Source: a virus. Taken from it: a stretch of DNA of 64,000 nucleotides. The notes beneath the pieces are model-generated. The model was not told the DNA's origin, made no database searches, and saw only the letters and a program-made list of their open reading frames with translations. The position numbers and the translations under genes were made by a program. Of the stretch, positions 41,134 to 51,381 are shown one piece after another; positions within the stretch are counted from its first letter, which is position 1; each line of letters starts with the position of its first letter. Where the stretch lies: the IMG/VR virus record IMGVR_UViG_3300046453_000081, positions 45,236 to 109,235 of that record; one strand, written 5' to 3'.

Positions 41134-41472
41134 TTAACAGACGCTTATCTTCCTATTAAAAGGTTTAATGTTTACTAGCCATTGATTCACGCTTTTCATG
41201 TTCTGCCCTGTGATATACCAATCGTCTACTGTCCCATGAAGACTTAAGACTCCAACATGATTCACCAATGTTGATAAGAGATATCTAGAAACAAATTGCC
41301 CCAAGATGGTGAATCCCTTTACAAATCTTGTATCATAAAATTCAATTAACGGTTCATCCTCTTTGTGTTTAATGTTCATGTTAGCACCATAAAAATCCCC
41401 CTTTCTAATTAATCTAACATGAAATGGAATTCCTCTATCGTTTACTACTTGAATCACCTTAATATTCGCCAT
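41134..41472 (-). CDS. Conserved hypothetical phage protein
   Basis: PLIEFYD..GQFVSRY motif. Confidence 0.6.
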   Translation of the reverse strand: MANIKVIQVVNDRGIPFHVRLIRKGDFYGANMNIKHKEDEPLIEFYDTRFVKGFTILGQFVSRYLLSTLVNHVGVLSLHGTVDDWYITGQNMKSVNQWLVNIKPFNRKISVC

Positions 41473-41494
41473 CACAATCAACCCTCTCTGTTTT

Positions 41495-41860
41495 TTAAGA
41501 TATTTTTTCTAATTCGTAAATGCCTTCTAAAACTGTCTCAATCGCTTCATCTAATGAAGAACATTCCTCACTATCCCATGTTTCACAGCCCTTATTCGTG
41601 TCAATCTCTACTACTGCACTACACACCTTTTTTGAATCAATAGTTCTAAATAGCCCTCTAACATCTTTATAGATACTTAACCCTAAGTGTTCAGCTATAT
41701 CCAACTTTTCAATATTATCCATTTCTACTATTACAATGTCATCATTCTTCAGAATCCTAAATACGTGAAAATCCCAAACATCTTCCTGAATAAAGACTTT
41801 ACTGTAACCGCACTGTGAATAAAAATCATTTTCTACTTCATACACCTTTAAAAATTCCAT
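41495..41860 (-). CDS. Hypothetical protein
   Basis: ORF with RBS. Confidence 0.6.
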   Translation of the reverse strand: MEFLKVYEVENDFYSQCGYSKVFIQEDVWDFHVFRILKNDDIVIVEMDNIEKLDIAEHLGLSIYKDVRGLFRTIDSKKVCSAVVEIDTNKGCETWDSEECSSLDEAIETVLEGIYELEKIS

Positions 41861-41956
41861 TTTACCACCCTTTCATTGTTCGAAATCGTTACTACCTCTT
41901 AATAGTAACATATACACAACCCAATTTCAATGGGTTTCGAGAATAAGTGTTTAATT

Positions 41957-42154
41957 TTATTTAGTTTTGTCCCATGTAAAATTACATATATCTACTAGCT
42001 TTTCATTAATCAATTCTGCAAGAGAGTGGATATTTTGGTAATCACCTATATCAACTCCCCTAATACCATTAGTTTCATCTTTAATTTCCTGTAAAATCAC
42101 CTTCAATTCACGATTTATCCTATTAATTTCTGATGTAAGTTTATCTTTATTCAT
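41957..42154 (-). CDS. Hypothetical protein
   Basis: ORF with RBS. Confidence 0.55.
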   Translation of the reverse strand: MNKDKLTSEINRINRELKVILQEIKDETNGIRGVDIGDYQNIHSLAELINEKLVDICNFTWDKTK

Positions 42155-42184
42155 TATATCTCCCTTCTAGATGAAGCAGTGATT

Positions 42185-42844
42185 CTACTTATATTCATTT
42201 AAGACTTTAACACTTTCCCATTTATTAATAAAGTTGCAAAGGTCACTACCATTTACACATTTCTGTAAATCTTCTAGCATCTGTTTTTTGTAATTTTCAA
42301 CATGTCTAATCACTTCATAATAACCATTAACAATATAGATAGTTTTATCGTCTTTCCCCACATTCACATAATGTTTAATGGTTGTTTCTAATTCGCCATT
42401 ATCACTTTCTTTAATGTATTCATATCCCAAATTCTCAAGGTATTCCAAAGGCACATAAATTGTTGCCCTATTTTCGCCCCATTGTTTCCCTTTGCTAACA
42501 AAGAATACACCATATTTATCCATATTATATAATGACAACTCTAAGTTGTCACTGTTCACTCTTTTAATCTTATCATGCTTAGTAAACCTAAGTGTTTTAT
42601 AATCTGAATTCCAAACCCCTTTTGTCAACCAACCACTTTTCTCAACAAATAATTGTTTACCATCCTTGTAAAACACAAAGCTGTCTGCTTCATACGAGGA
42701 ATTTCCAAAACAAAATTTCATTGATTTTGTAATTCCTGTAGCACACATAACAAATCCAGTTCCTACACTAGTAAATTCTAATACAAAACCATTGTCAATG
42801 GGATTTACACTTTCAACAATTTCTTTTACGACTTCTTTTTTCAA
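42185..42844 (-). CDS. Hypothetical protein
   Basis: About 220-aa ORF behind operator-promoter. Confidence 0.65.
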   Translation of the reverse strand: MKKEVVKEIVESVNPIDNGFVLEFTSVGTGFVMCATGITKSMKFCFGNSSYEADSFVFYKDGKQLFVEKSGWLTKGVWNSDYKTLRFTKHDKIKRVNSDNLELSLYNMDKYGVFFVSKGKQWGENRATIYVPLEYLENLGYEYIKESDNGELETTIKHYVNVGKDDKTIYIVNGYYEVIRHVENYKKQMLEDLQKCVNGSDLCNFINKWESVKVLNEYK

Positions 42845-42923
42845 AAGAATCATTCCTTTCATATTTGCGTATTACCCTTATAACCCAATTATAATGGATT
42901 ACAAGGATAAAGTCAAACATTAT

Positions 42924-43127
42924 TTAATATACTTTATCATTAGGATATTCCTCATTATATACTTTCTTCAATCCTTTTTTGAATATGTGTACAAAATTAT
43001 CGCCCGCATACTCCACTGGAATACCGTAATCAGTCAGCATTCTAGCAAATAAACACCTTTCCATTGCCCCAAGATTAATAGTAATCTGTGAAGGTATTTC
43101 ACGTTCATTTACTTTAAATCTCTCCAT
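42924..43127 (-). CDS. Hypothetical protein
   Basis: ORF with RBS. Confidence 0.55.
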   Translation of the reverse strand: MERFKVNEREIPSQITINLGAMERCLFARMLTDYGIPVEYAGDNFVHIFKKGLKKVYNEEYPNDKVY

Positions 43128-43168
43128 ATTCAGCCCTCCAAAGGGGTTAAAATCAACATTATATCCAA

Positions 43169-43387
43169 TTAAAGATTATTCACCATTACAGTATTATTAT
43201 ACTCTCTCTTTTTCTTTTTATCACTTTTCATAGATGTCCATACGAGTTCGCTTGCCTTATCCGAAATATATTGCCTTAATTCCCAACCATCCCATTCTTC
43301 AGGCATTGAATCAACTTTTTCTAGAATCCTTTCTTCTAATGACTCTAAGGCTTCTTTCACAAATCTAATTCTTGCTTCTTTATCCAT
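43169..43387 (-). CDS. Hypothetical protein
   Basis: ORF with RBS. Confidence 0.6.
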   Translation of the reverse strand: MDKEARIRFVKEALESLEERILEKVDSMPEEWDGWELRQYISDKASELVWTSMKSDKKKKREYNNTVMVNNL

Positions 43388-43427
43388 TGTGGCTTTCCTC
43401 CCTATTATAAAATTAGAAATTTATTTT

Positions 43428-43634
43428 TTATAATTTTTCAGCCAACATGTCCGCAACTTCATTTCTTGATTTTCCAACTATTTTTTCTTTGCCAACTGCA
43501 ACCCATTTTGAACCTTCTTTTTTAACCAATCCAAGCGAGGTATAACGATATGTCTTTGTAATTGTATTGTAATCACTTAACAAAAGAACCTCATAGCAAC
43601 TACTTCCATTTCCCCATTTTTTAAATTCATACAT
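43428..43634 (-). CDS. Hypothetical protein
   Basis: ORF with RBS. Confidence 0.55.
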   Translation of the reverse strand: MYEFKKWGNGSSCYEVLLLSDYNTITKTYRYTSLGLVKKEGSKWVAVGKEKIVGKSRNEVADMLAEKL

Positions 43635-43737
43635 TAATAACTGCCCCCTTTAATATAAATACCATTTTATGTAAGCATTATATCCCACAATATAATTATA
43701 ACAGATTGTGAGATATAATACAGATTTAATCCAACCA

Positions 43738-44019
43738 TTACTTAGTAATGTAACAATAATCTACTTCCCACCTTTTACCCTCAGTGGGTAGTAAACTCAT
43801 ATATCTATCAAGCCTTACCCCATTGTCCTTGTCATCTAGACAATCACCGAATAAGGAAGTGCCAATCATCATAGGGTTAAAGTATTTACAATCACGGGAC
43901 ACTTTATAGCTTCTTTCCGTTTCCGAGTAGTTCTTACTGTAACTGTCCTCGGTAAATACAATAACTGCTTCTTTCCAAGATTTCTGATTTTCAAGTTCGC
44001 TAAGTGTGAGTTTTTTCAT
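43738..44019 (-). CDS. Conserved hypothetical protein
   Basis: SLFGDCLD..D.GVRLD motif. Confidence 0.6.
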   Translation of the reverse strand: MKKLTLSELENQKSWKEAVIVFTEDSYSKNYSETERSYKVSRDCKYFNPMMIGTSLFGDCLDDKDNGVRLDRYMSLLPTEGKRWEVDYCYITK

Positions 44020-44139
44020 TCCTCAAATCACCCTTTCTTATTTCCTACCTCTATAATCCAATTATACTGGATTATAGAGGTAAAGTCAAACATTATTTTC
44101 TAGTTCTAATATTCATAAATATATCGTCATTCCTTCCTA

Positions 44140-44367
44140 TTAAACGTAATCCAATGGTGTATATAAGCCCTGACTAGCCTTTAAATATTCTTCCTTAGTA
44201 ATCTTATTACAACCATTCATATATTCCCTTGAACCTTCTTGATGTTGCCCAATAGGACAATACATTGTTACTTTTTCATGGGCAGGTAAATCGTCAATTG
44301 CAACATAAACATCATAAGGTGAAGTTTTATCTCCATCAACATCTACAAAATATCCAAGAACCTTCAT
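44140..44367 (-). CDS. Hypothetical protein
   Basis: Y..IGQH motif; own operator-promoter. Confidence 0.6.
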   Translation of the reverse strand: MKVLGYFVDVDGDKTSPYDVYVAIDDLPAHEKVTMYCPIGQHQEGSREYMNGCNKITKEEYLKASQGLYTPLDYV

Positions 44368-44459
44368 TCAAATCAATCCTTTCAATTTTTATGTATTCAC
44401 CCTTACAATCCAATTGTACTGGACTGTAAGGGTGAAAGCAAGCCCTAAATTGCGCTTGC

Positions 44460-45395
44460 CTATATTTTATGAACCAATGTTCTATAATGGAACACCTGTA
44501 TGTTGAAGCCCCCTGCACCAATTGTCTCTATCTTTGCCTTGCCTTTCTCTCCCTCAATGATACCATCTAAATTTCCTTTTTCACTAATTCTCAATCGACT
44601 TGCATCTGTAATTGTTCCTACAACTTCATTGATTCTGAATATCAAGTCTAACATTTTCGCTTTTTTATCTTTTTCTAGTGTTTTTTCTAAAAAGGCAAGT
44701 CTTTCTGTTTCATCATAGTATCGACACATTTCAACTACTACCCATCCTGCCATTGCTAAGAATCCTTTTTTTCTCTTCTCTATGTCTGTCCAATGAAGTT
44801 CACATTCTTTTAAGTGAAGTTGTAATTCTTTACTGTGATAACTGTCTTGCAATCTAAAATCATAATCAATGTTACCATTTTCATCTACATGCTCTGCATA
44901 TTCAGGGGCAGTCTTTATATATTCGAGAATGGTTTTTTCCTTATCGTCTTTTAATTCTTTTGACAATTTACGATAAGCATCATATTTATCAACATACCAA
45001 TAAAAACATTTCTCTTTCCACTCTTCTAAAAAATCCTTTATTACTTGAGGTATATTGTTTTGGATATAGTTTTCTTTCTCTAATTCAGCATGTAATTTTT
45101 CTCTCCAATTTTCCAATACTATCTCTGCATCCTTTAATTTTCTTGTTGCCCCTTTAATATCGTCTAGTTTGCCTATTACTTCATATATAGTCCACGAATG
45201 TTCTGTGTTTCTATAAGGTTCACGTAATTCATCAATTTCATTTTTATTTTTTCCTGTTAAGTCTAAATCAACTGCCTTAATTACTGCCTGTATCTTTTTC
45301 TCTAATTGTTTCTCATGTCTTTCAATTGTTTTTTGGCATTTCTCAACTTTTTCCTTTGCCTTAGAGACTCTTACTTCTAAATCCTTTACGTCCAC
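44460..45395 (-). CDS. Possible Gad1-like (anti-Gabija) protein
   Basis: N-terminal coiled coil, about 310 aa, C-terminal GAGGFNIQVFHYR resembling my recollection of the Gad1 C-terminus. Confidence 0.45.
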   Translation of the reverse strand: MDVKDLEVRVSKAKEKVEKCQKTIERHEKQLEKKIQAVIKAVDLDLTGKNKNEIDELREPYRNTEHSWTIYEVIGKLDDIKGATRKLKDAEIVLENWREKLHAELEKENYIQNNIPQVIKDFLEEWKEKCFYWYVDKYDAYRKLSKELKDDKEKTILEYIKTAPEYAEHVDENGNIDYDFRLQDSYHSKELQLHLKECELHWTDIEKRKKGFLAMAGWVVVEMCRYYDETERLAFLEKTLEKDKKAKMLDLIFRINEVVGTITDASRLRISEKGNLDGIIEGEKGKAKIETIGAGGFNIQVFHYRTLVHKI

Positions 45396-45470
45396 TCTTA
45401 TCAACCCTTTCTTTTAATATGTAACACCTCCACAACCCAATTTTACTGGATTATGAAGGTAAATGCAAAA

Positions 45471-46019
45471 CTATTTGAAATTATTAATAAGCCAATTTTC
45501 GACAACCTTGTAATCATCAATAGTATTATTTTGATGGTCAATTGCATCAAATACTTCCTTCACCTCTTCAAAAGGAATATCTTTTAAATGATGTTCATCC
45601 CATAATTTATGGATAGCATCGTATAGTTCTTTGTTAATATAAATACTCATTTCATCCCTTGTATCTTGCTGTCCGCAACCTGAAGCTAAGAAATAAATGT
45701 CATCTGTCACTCCATCAATTCTAAACGATTCAGGATATAAAGAATTGTCCCAATATTCCTCAATGTCATTGTAGGTATCTAGATAAAGTCTTTCTGCTAA
45801 TTCACTTGGTTTACAATCATAATTCTCAAGTTTGTCCAATACCCAATCTTTATCCGTCTGCTCAATTAAGTCTTCAATTCTTTCCATCGTTAATTCTTTT
45901 GTAATCTCCATTGGATATGAAGTATCAAAGCTTGCGGTAAACTGTCCATTACGATATTCGACCTCTCCAAATATTACTTCCTTGTTTTTAGTGAAGCCTA
46001 ATAATAATTTTTGTCTCAC
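45471..46019 (-). CDS. Acidic hypothetical protein
   Basis: SGCGQ and LWDEHHL motifs; own operator-promoter. Confidence 0.65.
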   Translation of the reverse strand: MRQKLLLGFTKNKEVIFGEVEYRNGQFTASFDTSYPMEITKELTMERIEDLIEQTDKDWVLDKLENYDCKPSELAERLYLDTYNDIEEYWDNSLYPESFRIDGVTDDIYFLASGCGQQDTRDEMSIYINKELYDAIHKLWDEHHLKDIPFEEVKEVFDAIDHQNNTIDDYKVVENWLINNFK

Positions 46020-46164
46020 TACAATCAATCCCTTTCTATTTGTATTAACCTCTGCAATCCAATTATAATGGATTACACAGGTAAATGCAAATACTTTTAT
46101 TAAACATTTATCCTACTTCCTTCTATTATATATGTATTACACAGGGGCAGATAGCCCCTGCTTT

Positions 46165-46695
46165 TTATTCTTCTTCCTCTTCTTCCTCTTCTTCTATGTT
46201 GTATGTCCCATCCTCAATTTCTGATTCAATATCATTAACAAAATCATCAATGATACTCATGAGATTATTATTATCAAAGTTTTCTGTTTTGCTTTCAATT
46301 TCTTCTTCAATTGCTTCTAAATCCAAATTATTTAAAACTTCTTCATCTAAGCCATCAAGAATTTCATTAATCTTTTCTGCAACCATATTAAATGCTATTA
46401 TGTCAAGATTGTCGTATAAGCTTCTTTGATAATACATGTAGTATCCAATTTGGAACAATTTTTCGATATCTGTTACACCTTCACATAAACCTTCCGATTG
46501 TGCATCTTCCGTATATTCTTTGATATCTCTTGCATGTTCCCAAATTTCATTATTGTAAATAGGAACACTGCCATCTGCTAATTCACTGATAGCGTCACAG
46601 ACATAACTGCTAGAATAATCCTTTAAAGAATCCAATACACTTTCTTCATCATCCAAAATACCAATTAAATCATAATCTCTCTTTTCGATACCCAC
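46165..46695 (-). CDS. Ocr (T7 gp0.3)-like DNA-mimic anti-restriction protein
   Basis: DAISELADGSVPIYNNEIW vs Ocr DAIHMAADNAVPHYYADIF; very acidic with poly-E tail. Confidence 0.7.
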   Translation of the reverse strand: MGIEKRDYDLIGILDDEESVLDSLKDYSSSYVCDAISELADGSVPIYNNEIWEHARDIKEYTEDAQSEGLCEGVTDIEKLFQIGYYMYYQRSLYDNLDIIAFNMVAEKINEILDGLDEEVLNNLDLEAIEEEIESKTENFDNNNLMSIIDDFVNDIESEIEDGTYNIEEEEEEEEE

Positions 46696-47008
46696 ATCAA
46701 CCAATCCTTTCAAGTTTTGTTATTTTTTTCTTTAACCTACTTTACCATCTTAGCACCCCTATAACCCAATGTCAATGGGTTATAAGAATAATAAATATTT
46801 TACTTACTCATTAAAGAATAAATTCATGCAAAAAGTCTCCTACTTCATCCAAATTAGAAAATAAGAATTCCCCAAAATTGCTATGAGTCATAGTGATTTT
46901 ATCTTTGCTGAATACAATTGTCCAATCATTTTCTATTGTTTGTATTAACGCTAACATTAATACGTCAAATCCTAAATGGTTTCTCATATTTCGCCCCTAT
47001 CTCTACAA

Positions 47009-47431
47009 TTAAATTTGTTCATTCATCAACTGACTGTTATACATTATTTCCTGATATTCTTTATATACTTCATCATAAGTTAAGCTTTCCGAAAATCCAA
47101 CATTGACAAAGGCTTCGACAACTTCTATTGCCAATTTCCAACTTTCCATATCAGCATTTTCAAATTTTGGAGTTAGCTTCAATTCCACTGTTATTCCCCC
47201 CCACATTGTTAAGCAAGATTCACAGACACGATAATAAAAAAATCTGCCCTGACTAATTCCTGACCAATATTCACAGCTACTACCTATTGTTATACTGTTA
47301 TTGCAGAATTCACAGGTTGTATTGATACGAGATTTTTTAATCTTTCTTATCCTAGTGAATTCTATTTTTTCATAGAGATAATTTTTTTCCATCCTATCAT
47401 CATTTTCATAACAGAATTCAAATCCTCTCAT
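47009..47431 (-). CDS. Zn-binding hypothetical protein
   Basis: CEFC...CESC. Confidence 0.6.
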   Translation of the reverse strand: MRGFEFCYENDDRMEKNYLYEKIEFTRIRKIKKSRINTTCEFCNNSITIGSSCEYWSGISQGRFFYYRVCESCLTMWGGITVELKLTPKFENADMESWKLAIEVVEAFVNVGFSESLTYDEVYKEYQEIMYNSQLMNEQI

Positions 47432-47457
47432 ATAATCACCCCTGTTAACTGTATGTA

Positions 47458-47652
47458 TTAAGCCCCTATTTCCATTTCTCCGCTGTCCAATAATTCCTCA
47501 AAGTATGCTTCCCATTCATCCAATTTACCAAGAAGTCTTAACCCTTTTTTTTCACTGTACTTGCCTTTCATCCCATGAATACCAATAACATCATAATACT
47601 CCATTATCTTGTCATAGTATGCCATAACCTGTTCTTGTGTCATTGTTAACAA
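47458..47652 (-). CDS. Hypothetical protein
   Basis: ORF. Confidence 0.55.
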   Translation of the reverse strand: MLTMTQEQVMAYYDKIMEYYDVIGIHGMKGKYSEKKGLRLLGKLDEWEAYFEELLDSGEMEIGA

Positions 47653-47770
47653 CCAACCCTTCTTTTGTAATATTTCTAATTATATTTTGCATTTGTGCAA
47701 AATTCAAGCATTTTCTTAGATAGAAAGAAAATGTTTCAATTTCAGACAAATCAGAGGGGTAAACAGGGGC

Positions 47771-48190
47771 TTACACCCCTGCTTTCCTCAATTCTTCATT
47801 AATTTTATGTTGTTCGCCTAAACTATAAGCATCCATGAAAACATAACCCTGTTCAAATAAATATTGAATCTTTTCACTTTCTGACAGGTTGTAATTTTCC
47901 CCTGTATCATATTTCTGTTGCACCATATCAGCTAACATTCTTACTTGGTCAAAGCATTTTTTAATTGTAGCATCTTTTATATAGGATATCAGATAAATAT
48001 GGTGTGGAATTATTAGAACATGTTCACCATTCATCATATAAGGATAAGCTTTTTCATAAGCATCAATTAAACCAACTGGATTATAGGAATAATCAATCAC
48101 TTTAAATTTATCATCCTTAGAGTAGACACGAACACTAAAAGTCTGATTTTTGTATTGTTCAAACTGCTTGCCTGTTATACTGTTGCCCAT
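47771..48190 (-). CDS. Hypothetical protein
   Basis: ORF with GAGGTG RBS. Confidence 0.6.
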   Translation of the reverse strand: MGNSITGKQFEQYKNQTFSVRVYSKDDKFKVIDYSYNPVGLIDAYEKAYPYMMNGEHVLIIPHHIYLISYIKDATIKKCFDQVRMLADMVQQKYDTGENYNLSESEKIQYLFEQGYVFMDAYSLGEQHKINEELRKAGV

Positions 48191-48271
48191 TTAAAATCAC
48201 CTCATAAATCAATTTGTTATTACAATTATATACCCATTATGAATGGATTACAAGCCCCAAATAAACAGATG

Positions 48272-48667
48272 CTAATAATATTGATTTAAAACTGACAGGT
48301 AAAGATTTAAAGCAAAATTTTCTAATTCAAATTTGTTATTTCTTCTTGACATTTCAAAGATGTCCATTGCTTTTATTGTAGTAATCACATTGTTGTAGTT
48401 ATACTTTTCAGACTTTTTGATACGGTTTAATAGTTCTGTTATGGAGTCATTTACTTGTTTTTCATCTGTAAAGTCACCATATTCAAACACTCTAAACATA
48501 CTTGTACTGTTAATGATGGGATTGTATGTAATGATTACACCCATAAAGGACTTTGAATACCTATCGCTAACAAAAGATGCTTCCCTGTCTACATAAGCGA
48601 CTGCATCCATAATTTCATCCTTAAACTTCCCTTGCATTACTATATTAAACATTTTTTCATTCTTCAC
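48272..48667 (-). CDS. Hypothetical protein
   Basis: GTG start after the shared RBS block. Confidence 0.6.
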   Translation of the reverse strand: MKNEKMFNIVMQGKFKDEIMDAVAYVDREASFVSDRYSKSFMGVIITYNPIINSTSMFRVFEYGDFTDEKQVNDSITELLNRIKKSEKYNYNNVITTIKAMDIFEMSRRNNKFELENFALNLYLSVLNQYY

Positions 48668-48789
48668 ATTAATCAACCCTTTCATTATTTGTATAATCAT
48701 TACACGACTTTATCCTATTTAATAGGCTGATAAAGTCGTGTAATCGTTATACAATTTAGAAAAGATAGAAGGGGCAATAGCCCCCTCTC

Positions 48790-50829
48790 TTATTTGTAAA
48801 TATTGTTATGGTCATTCATTATATCTGTTAATGCTTCATTCTCTTTGTCAGACATTTGAGAATCTGCTTCGAACTCTGTCATCAATCCCATTTCTGATAT
48901 GAATCGACTTGCCCCTGCTGATTTTCCGTTATATGTTTCAGTACTGGATACAAAACATCTTTGTTCTGCCCTTGTCACTAATACATAGGCTAAACGTCTT
49001 TCCTCTTCAATTGCTTGGGGCTTTTCACCATTTTCTTCCTGTTCTGTAGCCTTTTCAATTGACTTGAAATGGGGTAGTAAGTTTTCTGATAATCCAATAC
49101 CAAACACTGTATCAAATTCTAAGCCTTTTGATTTGTGAATTGTCATCAATTGAACACCATTAATGTTATGCTTTGCTTTACTTGTCATTTCATCAACATA
49201 ATTAAGGAATGTTTCAACATTTTCAAAATGAGATAATAAATATTTTAATGTCTCAATATTTTCCATTCTAGAATCAGATTCTTCATTTTCGTCATCTAAT
49301 AGATAATCTCTATATCCTTTATCTAACAGGTGATTAATAATTCCTGTCATTGATTCACCTCTTGTTAACAGGTTTTTCATACTGTTAACTAGGTTTTTGA
49401 ATTCCATTACACCTTTTTCTTCATAGTTCTTTAATTGTACTTTGCTATTAGCGTCCCATAATGATGTTTTCTTAACTGTTTTTAATTTTTCGATATAAGC
49501 TTTGCCTAAAAATCTTGATGGGACATTGATAACTCTTTCAAACGCCTTGTTATTGTCTTTGTCGTGAACTAATTGTAAATAAGAAATAATGTCCTTAACT
49601 TCTTTCCTGTCATAGAAACTTACTCCACCATATAGAACATATGGAATACCCTGACAGATTAAAGCATTTTCAATAGCCAATGATTGTTTGTTTGTCCTGA
49701 ATAGGACAGCAATTTTTTTGTATTCCTTATTTTCTTTCTCATGTAAAATGTTAATTTCTTCAGCTACAAATTGTGATTCATCCATTTCATCAATAAAATG
49801 ATGATATGTTATTGCTTTGTCATCTGAAACAATAAAAGGAATCATCTGATTATCAATTCGATTGACATTATTTTTTATCAACTTGTTTGCACATTCTAAG
49901 ATGTGCGACTTACTTCTATAATTTATTACAAGACTAATCTCTTTAACATTTTTATAAGTTTTTGTAAAATTGATAAATTGGTCAGGTTCAGCGCCCCTGA
50001 ACGAATACATAGATTGCGAATCGTCCCCCACGACAAAAACATTGTATTCAGGATATCCAAGAAGCTTAATTAATTCATATTGCATCAAATTATTGTCTTG
50101 TGCTTCATCTACTAAAAGATACTTAAATTGTTTTTGATATTTTTTAAGAACAACTTCATTTTCTTTTAGTAATTTAACGAATAATACTAACATATCGTCC
50201 ATGTCTAAACGTTTTTGCACTTGTTTTTGATATTCGTATTCTCTGAAGAATTCATAATAGGCTAAATTTCTGTCTGTAGGGGCAGTGTTTCTCAAAAACA
50301 TGTCATCATCAAACCCTTTGTTTTTGTAGAATCCTACCACTGACAACAACCCTGTTAATCCAATCTTTTCTAATTCGTCTTTAACTTCTTTGTCAATTGT
50401 TCTATCTTTCATTAATGATTTTCTAATTTCTCCACCAAACTTCTTTTGCTCATAATTGATAAGTAGTGCATTGCTAAATCCTCTATACATTGGATGATTC
50501 ATGTTCTTATATTCTTCACGTAAAATTCTATATCCAATGGAATGACTAGTACCAATTGTTATATCGTTTAATGTACTAGCAGGGATTAACTTTGACAATC
50601 TTTCTTTCATTTCTTCGCTTGCTTTTTTGGTGAATGTTGTCATCAAAATTTCTCTTGGTTTAATTCCACTTTCAATCATAAAAGCTACACGATTTACCAA
50701 TACTCTAGTTTTTCCTGACCCTGCACAGGCATTAATTCGTGTAGTTCCTTTAATTGTTGTTACTGCTAATTTCTGATTCTCATTCAATCCTTTTAATAAT
50801 GGGTTTTCAACTTCATTTCTGTTAATCAT
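48790..50829 (-). CDS. pcrA: UvrD/PcrA-like SF1A DNA helicase
   Basis: ACAGSGKT, LVDEAQD, VGDDSQSMYSFRGA, NYRS, MTIHKSKGLEF, EERRLAYVLVTRA. Confidence 0.92.
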   Translation of the reverse strand: MINRNEVENPLLKGLNENQKLAVTTIKGTTRINACAGSGKTRVLVNRVAFMIESGIKPREILMTTFTKKASEEMKERLSKLIPASTLNDITIGTSHSIGYRILREEYKNMNHPMYRGFSNALLINYEQKKFGGEIRKSLMKDRTIDKEVKDELEKIGLTGLLSVVGFYKNKGFDDDMFLRNTAPTDRNLAYYEFFREYEYQKQVQKRLDMDDMLVLFVKLLKENEVVLKKYQKQFKYLLVDEAQDNNLMQYELIKLLGYPEYNVFVVGDDSQSMYSFRGAEPDQFINFTKTYKNVKEISLVINYRSKSHILECANKLIKNNVNRIDNQMIPFIVSDDKAITYHHFIDEMDESQFVAEEINILHEKENKEYKKIAVLFRTNKQSLAIENALICQGIPYVLYGGVSFYDRKEVKDIISYLQLVHDKDNNKAFERVINVPSRFLGKAYIEKLKTVKKTSLWDANSKVQLKNYEEKGVMEFKNLVNSMKNLLTRGESMTGIINHLLDKGYRDYLLDDENEESDSRMENIETLKYLLSHFENVETFLNYVDEMTSKAKHNINGVQLMTIHKSKGLEFDTVFGIGLSENLLPHFKSIEKATEQEENGEKPQAIEEERRLAYVLVTRAEQRCFVSSTETYNGKSAGASRFISEMGLMTEFEADSQMSDKENEALTDIMNDHNNIYK

Positions 50830-50929
50830 TGTACAATCAAACCCTTTCTTTTTTTATTTGTCTTTGTTATATCGTACCTATATGTAGTTTATGACTTGAT
50901 GATTATATTTATTACTTGCAACTAAAATA

Positions 50930-50958
50930 AGTATAACAAAGACAAAAACAGAAAACAA
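50930..50958 (-). promoter_or_regulatory. sigmaA-like promoter of the helicase gene
   Basis: TTGTTT-17-TATACT with extended TG. Confidence 0.55.
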
Positions 50959-51060
50959 GATTAAGCTGTTATTTTCTGTTATTTCATTACCCATTTTTAC
51001 AGTCTTGTCCCGTCTAGGACAAACAGGTAATCAAATAACAGAAACAGGGGGCTAACCCTG

Positions 51061-51273
51061 TTAATTGTTATCAGCTTTTATCAATCTTGAAAATGGACTA
51101 GATAAAGCCCTGTTAATCATCCATTCATTAACTACAATATCTTTCATAAACTTAGAGTCTTCACTTGCCATTAAACATATGCTTTCATTGATATGTCTTG
51201 TCTTGCCTTTACCATCCTTTTCATCCATTGCTCTAACAAACATTTCAAAGCCTTTTTCAAAATTTGATAACAT
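51061..51273 (-). CDS. Array gene, hypothetical
   Basis: Start corrected to ATG after shared RBS. Confidence 0.6.
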   Translation of the reverse strand: MLSNFEKGFEMFVRAMDEKDGKGKTRHINESICLMASEDSKFMKDIVVNEWMINRALSSPFSRLIKADNN

Positions 51274-51381
51274 GTCAATCAACCCTCTCATTTTTTTAAT
51301 TTAAAACAAAGTAATAGGAAACAATTGTTATATTGTTTCCCTTGTCTTTGTAGTAAATTTAATTGTTTTGATACATACTCT

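Larger units (their letters stand above)
18703..48249. promoter_or_regulatory. Dispersed 19-bp palindromic operator AAYCCA-N7-TGGRTT, about 23 intergenic copies, mostly overlapping sigmaA promoters
   Basis: Starts at 18703,19490,23566,26049,27381,27787,29817,30624,33082,33909,34804,37754,38244,38712,40838,41918,42882,44055,44407,45434,46056,46763,48231. Confidence 0.85.
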
